Numbered from the stretch's first letter, positions 31,410 through 42,126 are shown. The stretch: 64,000 nucleotides of DNA from Pontiella sp. (GCA_050290185.1 JBNKHE010000007.1:96001-160000), one strand, 5' to 3'. The notes: generated from the letters alone by a model not told the origin. Translations and numbers: made by a program.

Positions 31410-32252
31410 ATGGCTGCTCGGAAGACGAAGAAATCACAATATAAACCGCAATATGTAAGGGCCAAAAAACGCAAGGGAGCGGATAAGGCCGTGGTTGCCC
31501 AAAGAAGCGTCGTGGTGCTTGTGGTTTTGTTGATTCTGGCCGCCCTCGCCATTGGAATCGGACTGGGATTCCGGTGGGTCGGCAAGAAGCTTTTTTCCGA
31601 AAACCCACGGTTTGAAATCCAGCATCTGGAAATCACCTGCGACGGAAAGTTGAGCGAAGAGAAAATCCGGGAATATACCGGGTTGCATGAAGGCATGAAT
31701 CTTTTTGCCTTGTCGTTCGAGGAGATTCAGAACGAACTGGGCAAGGTGCCGATGGTTGAATCGGTCGAACTCGAGCGCAAGTTGCCCAGTACGCTTTCGG
31801 TTGTCGTCAAGGAGCGTGTTCCGGTTGCGCGGGTTCTGATCCATAACTACAAAACGCCGCGCCTCATGGATCGGTACGGTGTTGTCCTTCCTCCGCGTGT
31901 GAGTGCTAAACTGGCAACGCTTCCGCTCATTAAAGGACTCGATGACGAGGTCAGGGTGGGGGAGCGGACGGAAAACCGCGATGTGGATTGTGCTCTCGAA
32001 ATCATCGGACTGTGCGAAAGCAACCAAAAGCTGCACCGGTTCGTGCCTCTGGATAGCCTTGATCTCAAATACGACGATTATATGGATATGCGCCTTGAAG
32101 GTGGGATCCGGGTGCGTATGCCCCGCTACCGGCTGGGCCCCAAACTGCAGGAACTGGCGGCGATTATTCAGATCTCCACGGAACAGGGGCGGCGGGTGAA
32201 AGAGGTCGATCTGACGCTGGAGACCGGCAAGGCCGTCACCACCTATTACTGA
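31410..32252 (+). CDS. ftsQ: Cell division protein FtsQ/DivIB
   Basis: TM helix, POTRA region, ERKLPSTL..VKERVP; upstream of ftsA. Confidence 0.9.
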   Translation: MAARKTKKSQYKPQYVRAKKRKGADKAVVAQRSVVVLVVLLILAALAIGIGLGFRWVGKKLFSENPRFEIQHLEITCDGKLSEEKIREYTGLHEGMNLFALSFEEIQNELGKVPMVESVELERKLPSTLSVVVKERVPVARVLIHNYKTPRLMDRYGVVLPPRVSAKLATLPLIKGLDDEVRVGERTENRDVDCALEIIGLCESNQKLHRFVPLDSLDLKYDDYMDMRLEGGIRVRMPRYRLGPKLQELAAIIQISTEQGRRVKEVDLTLETGKAVTTYY

Positions 32253-32265
32253 TAACGGGAACTCA

Positions 32266-33492
32266 ATGGCACTCCAGGCAACAGCAGTTTTAGAGATTGG
32301 CACCAGTACGGTGCGCGTCATGGTAGGCGAGATTCGCAATGACGGAGTGGTTTCCGTGGTGGGCATCGGTGAAGCCGATTCCCGCGGTATCCGCAAGGGG
32401 GAAATCATCAACCGCGATGATGCCATTACGTGTGTGCGCAAGGCGATCAAGACCGCCGAGAAAGATTGGCGCAAGAGTATCCATTCCGTGATTCTGATTA
32501 CGTCGGGCGGACAGGCCGAATCGAAAAAAAGCACCGGTATTCATCGTGTGGTTGATCCCGCCGACAACCAGCTAACCGAAATCGATGGGCCCGATGTGGA
32601 AGATGTGATCGAGATTGCCCGGAAAGTCTCACTTCCCGACAACCGGATTCGCCTTCATACGCTGCAGCAGTATTTCCAGGTCGACGATACACTCAATGTA
32701 ACCAGTCCGATCGGAATGGCGTGCGAGGAGCTTCGCATCGATATGCTGACGATCCACGGCAAGCGCAGTGCAGTGGACAACTTCCGCAAGCTCGTCGACG
32801 ATGTGCCGATCTCCTGCACCGATGCCGCTTTCAGCGGCCTGTGCGCCTCGCTGGCGGTACTCTCCGAGGAACAGAAGAAAGCGGGCGTGCTCGTGGTCGA
32901 TATCGGTGGCGGAACGACCGACTACGTGCTCTGCTACGACGGCTTTGTGTTGACTGCGGGTTCGTTTTCCGTTGGCGGGGACCACGTGACGAATGATATC
33001 TCGATCGGCTTGCAAATTCCTCTCACCCAGGCGGAATACATCAAAAAGAAAGATGGGTGCGCCCTGACAAATCTCATGGAGCGCGATCACAACATTTCCA
33101 TCCCGGCCGCGACGCAGGGGTTCGGCGGGAAGATGGTTCGGGCCATCACCCTCAACACCATTATCAATGCACGCATGGAGGAAATCCTTACCCTGGTGAA
33201 AGATCAGGTTGATCGGGAGTGCCCGAACATTCCGCTGAGTGCGGGTGTTGTGCTGACCGGCGGCGGGTCCTTCCTGAATGGCGCGCGTGATCTGGGGCAA
33301 AAGGTATTCAACGTACCTTGCATGTATGGGAAACCTTTCGACGTACAGGGCCTGCCAACGGCAAAGGAGGGGCCGCTATACGCCTGCCATATCGGTGCCA
33401 TCCGCTATGCTGCTTCGTTGCACACGGTGGAGGAGAAGCCTTCGATTGCCAGCCGGTTGATGAAAACATTGTGGGGGGCTTCCAATGAGTGA
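32266..33492 (+). CDS. ftsA: Cell division protein FtsA
   Basis: LEIGTSTV, VDIGGGTTD, GGDHVTNDI and VLTGGG motifs. Confidence 0.95.
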   Translation: MALQATAVLEIGTSTVRVMVGEIRNDGVVSVVGIGEADSRGIRKGEIINRDDAITCVRKAIKTAEKDWRKSIHSVILITSGGQAESKKSTGIHRVVDPADNQLTEIDGPDVEDVIEIARKVSLPDNRIRLHTLQQYFQVDDTLNVTSPIGMACEELRIDMLTIHGKRSAVDNFRKLVDDVPISCTDAAFSGLCASLAVLSEEQKKAGVLVVDIGGGTTDYVLCYDGFVLTAGSFSVGGDHVTNDISIGLQIPLTQAEYIKKKDGCALTNLMERDHNISIPAATQGFGGKMVRAITLNTIINARMEEILTLVKDQVDRECPNIPLSAGVVLTGGGSFLNGARDLGQKVFNVPCMYGKPFDVQGLPTAKEGPLYACHIGAIRYAASLHTVEEKPSIASRLMKTLWGASNE

Positions 33493-34645
33493 TTCTGCCC
33501 AGACCGGAACCCGCCAGATCGCGGCGCCCCGAATCCTGGTGATGGGCGTGGGCAGCAGCGGAGCCCGTGCCGTAGCGGCCATGCATGGCCTGAACCCGGA
33601 GCTGTCGGCCGTTGTGGTCGATAGCGATGCCAAGGTCCTTCACGCCATGGATCCCGAGCGGGCCATCCAGGTTGGCGCCAGCATAACCCGTGGACTCAGT
33701 GCCGGCGGAGACGTGGAGCTGGGCCGCCAGTCCATTGAAAAGGATTCCTCGGGAATCCGGCAACGCTTGAGAAATGTCGATCTGCTGGTCGTGGTTGCCG
33801 GCCTGGGCGGCGGGATGGGATCCGGTGCGGTTCCGGTTATTACCCGTATTGCCCGCGAAGCCGGAACCCTTGTGCTCGCTCTGGTAGGGATGCCGTTTGC
33901 ATTCGAGGGCAAGAAAATTGCCCGGGTGGCTGATGATGCGCTTAAGCGCATTCGCACCCATGCCGATGCCATTGTTCGTATTCCCAACGAACGGTTGCTG
34001 GATCGGGCGGACGCCGATCTGCCGGTTGAGCAGGCCTTTGCGCGGAGCCACCAGGTTATGATGGACGGTATTTGCTCTCTTTGGCGTCTGCTATCCAGAA
34101 ACGGTGTATGCGGACTGGATTTTGCCTGCATACATACCATGCTCCGCAACTGCGACGGCTTATGCAACATGGTGGTGGTTGAAGGTTCCGGAGCCGACCG
34201 AGCCCAGGATGTTGCCGCGGCATTGTTGAAGCATCCTCTGCTGGGCAAGGGCAAGCTGCTGGGAAATGCCGCGGGTATTATCATCGGGATTACCGGCGGA
34301 CACGATCTGCGGTTCGGAGAAATCGAAACCGTCATGAACCAAATACAGGAACGCCTCCCGGAGGAAGATATCTGGCTGAATTTTGGTATTCTGGTGGAGC
34401 CGGGGTTTGAGGGCCGGATATCGGTCGCGGCACTCGTGGCGGAGCAGTGGAAGGAGCCGCTGGTTGACAGTGCCGGGCGGCAAATGGGATTCCGCTTCCA
34501 TCAAAAACGGATGCAGGAACAAGGCGAGCTGATGCTCGAAACCGTGGGCAAGGGGGAATTCGCCTACGTGGACCCCACCATTCACAACAACCAGGACCTC
34601 GATGTTCCCGCCTATATCCGCCGCGACATAAAGCTGCCAAGATAA
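33485..34645 (+). CDS. ftsZ: Cell division protein FtsZ (divergent GTPase motifs)
   Basis: GLGGGMGSG, PFAFEG, IPNERL; C-terminal DLDVPAYIRR; follows ftsA. Confidence 0.9.
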   Translation: MSDSAQTGTRQIAAPRILVMGVGSSGARAVAAMHGLNPELSAVVVDSDAKVLHAMDPERAIQVGASITRGLSAGGDVELGRQSIEKDSSGIRQRLRNVDLLVVVAGLGGGMGSGAVPVITRIAREAGTLVLALVGMPFAFEGKKIARVADDALKRIRTHADAIVRIPNERLLDRADADLPVEQAFARSHQVMMDGICSLWRLLSRNGVCGLDFACIHTMLRNCDGLCNMVVVEGSGADRAQDVAAALLKHPLLGKGKLLGNAAGIIIGITGGHDLRFGEIETVMNQIQERLPEEDIWLNFGILVEPGFEGRISVAALVAEQWKEPLVDSAGRQMGFRFHQKRMQEQGELMLETVGKGEFAYVDPTIHNNQDLDVPAYIRRDIKLPR

Positions 34646-34654
34646 GGGTGCGCG

Positions 34655-35278
34655 CTATTGCATGTAGAAATTGGTTGCCCGTTCGATGCCGATGGTCGTG
34701 TCCGGCCCATGTCCGGGAAAAACGCGGATGGCATCGGGGAGCTGTTTGAGCTTGTTCAGGGATTCCTTCATCTGGCGCGGATCACCGCCTGGAAGATCGG
34801 TCCGTCCGCATGAACCCTTGAACAGGGTGTCGCCTACAATCAGCATATCGTCTTCAGGGAGCAGAAGGCAACAGGAGCCAGGGGTATGACCCGGTGTTTC
34901 GATGCATTGGAGGTGAATGCCGCCCAGCTCCCAATCCTTTTGCTTTTCCAAGGGGAGAAAGCGTTCCGCATCCGGTCGCTGGGGAACGGCATAATAGGGC
35001 TCGATCTGGTTGCGTTGCTCGAAGGCCCAGACCCAGTCGTTGGAATGCATGGCGATAGGGGCGGGGTGGTCGGTGTGCAGTGCGGCCAGGGCATTGATGT
35101 GGTCGGCGTGGCCATGGGTGCATACGTAGGCCGCAACCTGTAATTCATTTTGCTCGATGGCCTCGATAATCAGCTCTGCATCATGCCCCGGATCGAAAAC
35201 CAAGGCCTGAAGCGAGTCGTTCCAGACCAGATAGCATATTTCCTGAAAAGCGCCCGTAACGATCGGTTTAATATTCAT
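34655..35278 (-). CDS. MBL-fold hydrolase (glyoxalase II-like)
   Basis: THGHADH, TPGHTPG, GDTLF and PGHG motifs. Confidence 0.92.
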   Translation of the reverse strand: MNIKPIVTGAFQEICYLVWNDSLQALVFDPGHDAELIIEAIEQNELQVAAYVCTHGHADHINALAALHTDHPAPIAMHSNDWVWAFEQRNQIEPYYAVPQRPDAERFLPLEKQKDWELGGIHLQCIETPGHTPGSCCLLLPEDDMLIVGDTLFKGSCGRTDLPGGDPRQMKESLNKLKQLPDAIRVFPGHGPDTTIGIERATNFYMQ

Positions 35279-35292
35279 GGCTTGCTGTAAGG

Positions 35293-35844
35293 CTAGTCGG
35301 CTTTTTCTGCTACATTGGCTTTTCGCGTGAATGCGCAGTCAATCACCATGTTTCCCTGCAGTTTTCCCGTGTTTTTGCCCATTGGTTTGATATTCAGTGT
35401 CCGGACATTGTATCGAACACCCTGTTGCTGAAGCTCCGTAAGGAATCCGACCATGGCATCCAGCTTACCCTGCCATGTACAGTTGATGCCCAGCTCAAAC
35501 AAGTCACCCGTAGGTTTTTCCCCCAGGGGATTTGTTTTTGAAATCACCAGTTCGTAGCGATCTGCAATGCTGTTCACGATTTTCATCAGTTCGGGCGAGA
35601 CGGACCGTTGCGAGGTGTCGAACACGCGCAAATCCTTTTCGAGATGCTGGAGTTCGTCGACCCAATTGTCCTGCATCCGGATCGCGGCTTGATGTCGCGC
35701 TATTTGTTCCTTGAGCTGCGTGATTTCCAGCTTTTTGGATTTCCATTCGCCGACCTTGCCGTTTACGCCAAGCCATGTTCCGCCCAAGACGACGCAGGCC
35801 ATGGTGGCAATTCCAAGCATCAATTCCCGTTCGGTAATTTTCAT
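35293..35844 (-). CDS. GspM/PilO-like protein
   Basis: TERE start, TM helix, coiled coil; T2SS cluster context. Confidence 0.7.
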   Translation of the reverse strand: MKITERELMLGIATMACVVLGGTWLGVNGKVGEWKSKKLEITQLKEQIARHQAAIRMQDNWVDELQHLEKDLRVFDTSQRSVSPELMKIVNSIADRYELVISKTNPLGEKPTGDLFELGINCTWQGKLDAMVGFLTELQQQGVRYNVRTLNIKPMGKNTGKLQGNMVIDCAFTRKANVAEKAD

Positions 35845-37235
35845 TGGGCGTCCTCCTCGTCCGGCAACATGAGATTTACGGAAAAAACGGCTCGTTGTAC
35901 GCCCTTTGTCTGCTTGTTGTCGATCCGTTGATCCTTGAGCCGAATAAAGAGCTCGGATGTGGTCAGGGCATCGAAAAATTCATATACGCTGTCGTCACTC
36001 TCGGCGGTTCCGCGCAGCGTAACCCCTTTGTTCTTGTTATATTTGTAGGTGACGAATTCAATATCCCCCGGCGGAAGCATACGTGTAACCTCGCGAAGAC
36101 ATTCGAGGGCGGAGTCCGAGCGGTCGGCGTAGCTGGTCAATGCTCTGAGCTTCTTTCTGTTTTCGATCGCTTTGTCCGCCTGGGGAGCAAGTGCAGCCTC
36201 TTTTTTCTGAACCTTCTTCAACGCGATTGCCCGGGTCTGGTAGACGGTGGTCAAGGTAATCAAAGCCGCCAGCCACACCACTCCGATGATCGCCGTACTG
36301 ATCAGGAATTTTTTCTTTAGTTGTTTGAATTTCTGGAGGTCAACCCATTCCCGTGGGATCAGCTCGATGCGGATTTTCTTGTTCTGCGTCCGTTCGATGA
36401 TTCCCTCGGAAAGGGGGGGCAGCAAGGTTAGGCGGTTTTGGCGGACTGCCAATCCCGTTCGGGCGCTCAAGGCCGAGATCGTGGTTTCCGCAATCTCGGA
36501 ACGATTCCAGATTTCGATCGTCTCCGGTGCCTGAAGCTCGTGCTCTGCATCGAGCGTGGTCAACGTGTATCCAATTTCATCGGCGAGTTCGCCGGCCAGA
36601 TTTCCACCGTCCTCTGGTACCGGCAGCGAACGGAAGGCCAGAGGGACGCCGTTGGACATCACGACCAGAGCGAAATCGATTCCATCGTCGACAATTACGA
36701 TTTCACACCCGTCTCCTGCCAGGCGCTTTTCTTTTTCCAGCAGGTAAAGCCACCCCAGAATGCGCGCATCGATACTATGGATATGTATGCCTTTGTGAAC
36801 AAATGTATCACCAATGGCATCGATACATTGATGTTTAACCGCAGCCATGAGCACGAGCGATTCGTTTTCTGTTTCACGCAGGATTTCATGGGATACGGCC
36901 AGCTGATCCAGTGGGAACGGGGAGACCTTGTCGATCTGGAAGTCCACCATGCTGGTAATCTCGTCCGGATCCTTGGTCGGGAACTCCATGGTGCGCATCA
37001 GCAGTTCCGACGTGCGAATCGATACGGTAAGGTCTCCTGCCAGCTTTTCCTCGATTTCATCGCCCAGTTGCAGGGCGGCTAGACCGGCATATCCTGCTGC
37101 GGAGTCCGCAACAGGGCAGGGAAGGCTGCTCTGTTCAACGATTTCATTGCCATCCTGTTTGATTTTCAGGGTGGTCCATTCAATGCCGTCCGGGATCAGG
37201 CATGCCGCTGTAATAGTCTTGTCGCGCATTCGCAT
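35841..37235 (-). CDS. GspL (PilM/PilN-like) protein
   Basis: Actin-like N-domain (SPFPLDQL), TM helix, PilN-like VTLRGTA. Confidence 0.75.
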   Translation of the reverse strand: MRMRDKTITAACLIPDGIEWTTLKIKQDGNEIVEQSSLPCPVADSAAGYAGLAALQLGDEIEEKLAGDLTVSIRTSELLMRTMEFPTKDPDEITSMVDFQIDKVSPFPLDQLAVSHEILRETENESLVLMAAVKHQCIDAIGDTFVHKGIHIHSIDARILGWLYLLEKEKRLAGDGCEIVIVDDGIDFALVVMSNGVPLAFRSLPVPEDGGNLAGELADEIGYTLTTLDAEHELQAPETIEIWNRSEIAETTISALSARTGLAVRQNRLTLLPPLSEGIIERTQNKKIRIELIPREWVDLQKFKQLKKKFLISTAIIGVVWLAALITLTTVYQTRAIALKKVQKKEAALAPQADKAIENRKKLRALTSYADRSDSALECLREVTRMLPPGDIEFVTYKYNKNKGVTLRGTAESDDSVYEFFDALTTSELFIRLKDQRIDNKQTKGVQRAVFSVNLMLPDEEDAQ

Positions 37236-37236
37236 T

Positions 37237-38232
37237 TTACTTAACCGGTCCTTCGTTCCAGTACACTACAACCGAACCCTTGTTCTTCAGCAGAAGGATA
37301 CTTTCGATCCTGTATTTGCTTCCAAATGATTCGCCAATAGAAGTTACCTTTACAAAATTACTTTGCAATTTAAATTTGGACGCGTCGAGGCCGTCAAGAT
37401 TGGTTAATCCGTCGTCCGAAGTGCCGGGAAGGCCATCGGGTCCGGCTCGCAAATCGACGATGTCCAAGATTTGCTCGTCAGTCAGTCCCGCAGCACGCAT
37501 GGCCTCGACTGAGGCGGTATTCAAGTTGAGTCGTCCGTCTCCCCATACGGTTAGGAATTCGGCAATGCCGTAGATGGCGTCGCCGTCTTCGTCGGCCGGT
37601 TTTCCGTACAGGATGTCAGGCCCCCAGTTCTTGATCATTAACAGTTCCTCTACGCTGTCCAGCGGGCCGTTTTTGACGGGATATCCGCGGTCTTCGTAGA
37701 ACGGGTCGTCCGATTCGGCGCCGCTGAGCCCGTGCAGGTCGTTTGCGTCTTTCCAATCCTCCATACAGTCTATCATGGCGTCCCATTCGGTGGAGGGCAC
37801 GTTGGCCATTTCAAAAATATCAAGCCAGTCATCCCTGTTCAGACTGTTGACGTTCAATCGCCCTTCGGCAGATTCGATGGTGACCTCAAATCGGCCATTT
37901 CCAAGTTCGATTTCCGAGGTGGAGGGAAGTCCGCGCTGCACATAAAGGGCCGCCTGCATAAAGCCGTCCCGGTCTTCGTCCATGTCTTCGATCTCAAGCT
38001 CTTTGGCCTTGGATTGCTGGTCGAGAATGGCGCGGGCATATTCGATGCCGGAACGGGCCATGGCTTCGGCATGGAACCGCTTTTTCTTGTACGAGGCCAG
38101 CATGGCTTCCAGCTTGGATTCAAAAGAAAAGGCTCCGACAATAAATGCCAGAATGGTGATGACGCCAAGAACCGCCAGCAGGGCGACTCCCTCTTTATTC
38201 TTTTTACGTTGGATCCTGGTGCGGTTCATCAT
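37237..38232 (-). CDS. gspK: Type II secretion pseudopilin GspK
   Basis: EGVALLAVL, ARSGI, RLNVN, DWKD, KNGPLDSVEEL and LNLNTA motifs. Confidence 0.88.
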   Translation of the reverse strand: MMNRTRIQRKKNKEGVALLAVLGVITILAFIVGAFSFESKLEAMLASYKKKRFHAEAMARSGIEYARAILDQQSKAKELEIEDMDEDRDGFMQAALYVQRGLPSTSEIELGNGRFEVTIESAEGRLNVNSLNRDDWLDIFEMANVPSTEWDAMIDCMEDWKDANDLHGLSGAESDDPFYEDRGYPVKNGPLDSVEELLMIKNWGPDILYGKPADEDGDAIYGIAEFLTVWGDGRLNLNTASVEAMRAAGLTDEQILDIVDLRAGPDGLPGTSDDGLTNLDGLDASKFKLQSNFVKVTSIGESFGSKYRIESILLLKNKGSVVVYWNEGPVK

Positions 38233-38239
38233 ATTTCCG

Positions 38240-38983
38240 TTATTGACGGCGCTTATTATTGTTTTGTCCGGTCGTGGCCGGACTTTTCAATCGCTCGGCC
38301 ACCGATTCAAACACGGGGATTTCAATCACGCGGGTAAAACGTATCGGCTCTTCGTCTTCATCGGGCGAGGTAACGTATAGATCAATGAGAATGCGCTCGG
38401 GTACCGAATTGTCGGATTCCCACTCCTCAGTCCACGTCTCCTGATCCTTATCCCAGAACTGAATTTCTAGACCGCTGATGGATCGGGAGATCAGTATGGG
38501 ATCGACGGCATATTCATCTTCAAAATCGTTCGGGTTAGCAATGGCGGGCATGGGAAGCGCAAAGAGGGCGGGGTCCCCGTCATCATCGGGATCGATAAAG
38601 AGTTTCAGTCGGTGTGGTCCCTTGGCGTAGGGGGAATCCACCGGCATGAATGAGCTGCTGGCTGTCACAAAGCTTAGCGTGTCGGATGGGAGTCCATACG
38701 TGCTGTCCTTCTCCACGGTAAAGGCGTAGACCTTGCGGGCATTGAAAAAATAGATGGTGGAATCGAGGGCCGATACCAGCTGGCTCATGGCAAAGTCGCC
38801 ATGCTTGATGCCGTCGGCCACTTCCGTGCCGCGTTTCCATCCCCGAATGGTTGCGCTGAAGACTTCGAAGGCGATGGACATGGCGATGACCAGAATCACG
38901 ATGGCCACCATTACCTCAAGCATGCTGAAGCCGTCGCGTCTGCATCTTTCGGAATACAGATTATTTCGGTTCATGCTTTTCAT
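38240..38983 (-). CDS. Prepilin-type protein (GspJ-like)
   Basis: GFSMLEVMVA methylation motif. Confidence 0.8.
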   Translation of the reverse strand: MKSMNRNNLYSERCRRDGFSMLEVMVAIVILVIAMSIAFEVFSATIRGWKRGTEVADGIKHGDFAMSQLVSALDSTIYFFNARKVYAFTVEKDSTYGLPSDTLSFVTASSSFMPVDSPYAKGPHRLKLFIDPDDDGDPALFALPMPAIANPNDFEDEYAVDPILISRSISGLEIQFWDKDQETWTEEWESDNSVPERILIDLYVTSPDEDEEPIRFTRVIEIPVFESVAERLKSPATTGQNNNKRRQ

Positions 38984-39390
38984 AGCTGGCTTGTAACGAC
39001 CTCGGCGTCGGGTGCATACCGATATCCCGTAATTTCCTCGAAGGCATCACGGCCGTGCTCAGCCCATTGCACTCGGGTAGTGACCAGAAACAGGCCGGGG
39101 CGTTCTTCCTGATCGACGATCTGGATATCCCTGTGCCAGCGATATCCGTCCATATCCTCAAACGTGCCGGACTCGGATGATTCGTCCATGTCGACGCTCT
39201 CAATGGGATTCTCCACGTCAACCCGCGCAATAAGTTCACGCGCCACTTCACGGCTCCGGGCGGTGCGGACGACGGACAGGCAACGGGACATGGCCATCAG
39301 CAGGGCGGATGCTCCAATGCTCAGAATCACCATGGCCAGCATTACTTCGATCAGGGTCAGGCCTGTTTTGGATGGATGAGTTCTTCTCAT
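38980..39390 (-). CDS. Prepilin-type protein (GspI-like)
   Basis: GLTLIEVMLAM motif. Confidence 0.8.
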   Translation of the reverse strand: MRRTHPSKTGLTLIEVMLAMVILSIGASALLMAMSRCLSVVRTARSREVARELIARVDVENPIESVDMDESSESGTFEDMDGYRWHRDIQIVDQEERPGLFLVTTRVQWAEHGRDAFEEITGYRYAPDAEVVTSQL

Positions 39391-39602
39391 AAATAAAGTG
39401 ATTGTTCCCATTCGGTCGGGTTAAATAAAGACAAACCTGCCCCGCTTTTTATTGCCGACGCAATTCATTGTTTTTATCCGGCGGCGCGGGAAGGAAGAAT
39501 GAATGTTATCGGCGGTTTGCCTTTATGGCTCCAATTTGGCAACCTTTCTGCTTATTAACGGGGTTTATGACACGGATTGAAATCATGGCAGGATATTTAT
39601 CT

Positions 39603-40370
39603 ATGAACAGAATGGTTGGTGCGGTTTTACTCGTCTTTGCCGTTTCGGTTGCCGCCTGGGCCGGATCGACGTTCGAATGCAATTTCAATAATCTCGCCGA
39701 AGGGCAGATCGATGGACAGCCGGGTTGGGAGGTATTCGACAAGGTAAAGGATTCGTCGGCCTTATCGGTAGCCACCGAAGTAGGTACAACGGAAGCAACT
39801 CAGGACAAGGCCCTGATCGTAAAGTCGTCCAATGAGTCGATCCGGTGTATCACGGATGAACCCATACGTTGGCTGCGCAAGCAGACGGCTTCGGTCGAAT
39901 TTGATTTCCGGGTGGTTGTTCCGAAAGGAAAGGTCGAAGAAAACCGCTCTGCAATGGTGCTGCTGTTGGGCAACTCGGTGCTGAATGAAAAAGCGAGCTG
40001 GATGGTGCATCTGGATGCAACCACCAATGGAACCTGGCAATTGATTGCCGCGCTTCCTGATGAGGCGTCGCAAAGCATACCGGTCGAGAAGCTTGCATTC
40101 ACGGAGATGGAGTCAACGCTGGTTTCAGGCTGGCTTCACTGCATCGTGTCGGTAGAGAAACTTTCCGCGCCCGACTCATTCAGTTCCTCCGTCACCCTTC
40201 TCGATAGTGCCGGAGAAACCGTGGCTTCCTTGACGTGCTCGGACTCCAACAAGGACAAGGTCACCAAAGCCATGTGGAACCTGTCACGGCTACATGCTGG
40301 ATTCATGGCTTCGAAGAATCTTCGCGGCCTGTCCTGCATCGACAATTTTCAGTTTACCACCGAGCCCTGA
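39603..40370 (+). CDS. Secreted beta-sandwich hypothetical protein
   Basis: Signal peptide (AAWA); IDGQPGW...IDNF pattern. Confidence 0.7.
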   Translation: MNRMVGAVLLVFAVSVAAWAGSTFECNFNNLAEGQIDGQPGWEVFDKVKDSSALSVATEVGTTEATQDKALIVKSSNESIRCITDEPIRWLRKQTASVEFDFRVVVPKGKVEENRSAMVLLLGNSVLNEKASWMVHLDATTNGTWQLIAALPDEASQSIPVEKLAFTEMESTLVSGWLHCIVSVEKLSAPDSFSSSVTLLDSAGETVASLTCSDSNKDKVTKAMWNLSRLHAGFMASKNLRGLSCIDNFQFTTEP

Positions 40371-40468
40371 CGTCCGGTTTGGCGCCGCGTACGCAACCAG
40401 CTCCTGAATTGCCTTGACTGGGAAAGCGAATTTCCAATCATAAGCACCTTTGTTTCAGGTGCAAACCA

Positions 40469-40834
40469 TTGGAAAAGGAGTATTCCGTGTTTTCTGGAGG
40501 AACTTTTATCAAGGCAGCTATGGATCGGCGCGGCTATAAGCATCGCCGGACCGAAGACCAGTTCATCATTCGCGGCGAGTATGCCCGCAATCTGCAGTAT
40601 GTGTATTCCAAGGAGACGCAGACCCGTGACGGGTTGGTGATCGATCTGGTCTATTTTGCAGCCGACATGCTGGGCGAAAAGCTTGTCATTGGTCTTTACC
40701 GCGAAAACCCGCAGATTGAAAACGGACTCTATGTCAACGCCTCCCGGTCGCTCAGCCTTGAACAATTCAACCGGGAAAACGTGGAGAAAGAACTCGATAA
40801 GCTGATTCCCCCGATCAAAGAACGTTTTAAATAA
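40469..40834 (+). CDS. Hypothetical protein
   Basis: Host-like ORF directly upstream of dapL. Confidence 0.65.
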   Translation: MEKEYSVFSGGTFIKAAMDRRGYKHRRTEDQFIIRGEYARNLQYVYSKETQTRDGLVIDLVYFAADMLGEKLVIGLYRENPQIENGLYVNASRSLSLEQFNRENVEKELDKLIPPIKERFK

Positions 40835-40845
40835 AGGAGAATATC

Positions 40846-42066
40846 ATGAATTACGAAAAGCTGTTTGCCGACCGTATCGGTGGCTCCCAGTTCGGTAAAT
40901 CGACCGAAATCTACAAGTTTGAAAAAATCAAGCGCGCCAAGGCCAAGGCCCGCGCCACCATGCCGGATCTTGAAATTCTTGATTTCGGCGTCGGCGAACC
41001 CGACCAGATGGCACCGGCCCCGATCCGCGAAGCATTGAAGGTTGAGGTCGATAAACCGGAAAACCGCGGTTATGCCGACAACGGCGTCGCCGAGTTCAAG
41101 GACGCGGCGGCCCAATACATGAAGGACTTTTTCGGAGTCGAGCTCGATCCATCCACGGAAATCAACCATAGCATCGGAACCAAGCCGGCGTTGGCCATGC
41201 TTCCGCTCGCCTTCGTCAATCCGGGCGATATCGTATTCCAGACGGTGCCGGGCTACCCGGTCATGGCCACGCATTCGAAATATCTCGGTGCCGAAGTGGT
41301 CGATATTCCGCTGCTGGAAGAAAACGCTTTCCTTCCGGATCTTTCCAAAATTGACCCGGCATTGGCCGAGCGCTGCAAGCTTTTCTATATCAACTATCCG
41401 AACAATCCTACGGGTGCGGTTGCTACGCCGGAGTTCTACGACGAGCTGATCGCCTTCGCGAAAAAGTACAACATTCTTGTCGTGCAGGACGCTCCCTATT
41501 CCACGCTGGTCTATGATGGCGAGCCAACCTCCATGCTCCAACGGCCCGGGGCAAAGGAGTGCACACTCGAATTACACTCCATGTCCAAGGCCTACAACAT
41601 GACCGGATGGCGCCTTGCATTTTTCTGCGGGGCCGAATGGGCCGTCAACGCGCTGGCGACCATCAAGGACAACTGTGACAGCGGCCAGTTCAAGGCCATC
41701 CAGAAGGCCGCCTGCGCCGGCATCGCCGACCGGAGTCTGGCCGAGGGCATTCGCGACCACTACGAAAAGCGCCTTCGCCGCATGGTGGAAGTGCTTCAGG
41801 AAGCCGGGTTCGGTGCGAAAATGCCGGGCGGTACGTTCTTTATGTATCTGAAGGCGCCGAAAAGGGCGGGCGAAGTCGAATTCGCCAACGCCGAAGAAGC
41901 TTCGCTTTATCTCATCGAAAAATTCGGTATCTCAACGGTTCCGTGGGACAACACCGGCCCGTTCATTCGCTTCGGCGCGGTCTTTGAATCCGAAGGCGAT
42001 GCCGATGACGAACGCGTACTCAACGAACTGGCAACGCGGCTGAAAAAAGCCGACCTTAAATTCTAA
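40846..42066 (+). CDS. dapL: LL-diaminopimelate aminotransferase
   Basis: YKFEKIKRAK, NYPNNPTG and HSMSKAYNMTGWR PLP motif. Confidence 0.85.
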   Translation: MNYEKLFADRIGGSQFGKSTEIYKFEKIKRAKAKARATMPDLEILDFGVGEPDQMAPAPIREALKVEVDKPENRGYADNGVAEFKDAAAQYMKDFFGVELDPSTEINHSIGTKPALAMLPLAFVNPGDIVFQTVPGYPVMATHSKYLGAEVVDIPLLEENAFLPDLSKIDPALAERCKLFYINYPNNPTGAVATPEFYDELIAFAKKYNILVVQDAPYSTLVYDGEPTSMLQRPGAKECTLELHSMSKAYNMTGWRLAFFCGAEWAVNALATIKDNCDSGQFKAIQKAACAGIADRSLAEGIRDHYEKRLRRMVEVLQEAGFGAKMPGGTFFMYLKAPKRAGEVEFANAEEASLYLIEKFGISTVPWDNTGPFIRFGAVFESEGDADDERVLNELATRLKKADLKF

Positions 42067-42089
42067 GGCGTTGAGGAACGCTTTGCCAT

Positions 42090-42126
42090 AACGGTCGCCT
42101 GCATCCTGCAGGGGGCCGTTTTTTTT
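42090..42126 (+). terminator. Intrinsic terminator
   Basis: AACGGTCGCCTGCA-tcc-TGCAGGGGGCCGTT plus a T run. Confidence 0.75.
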
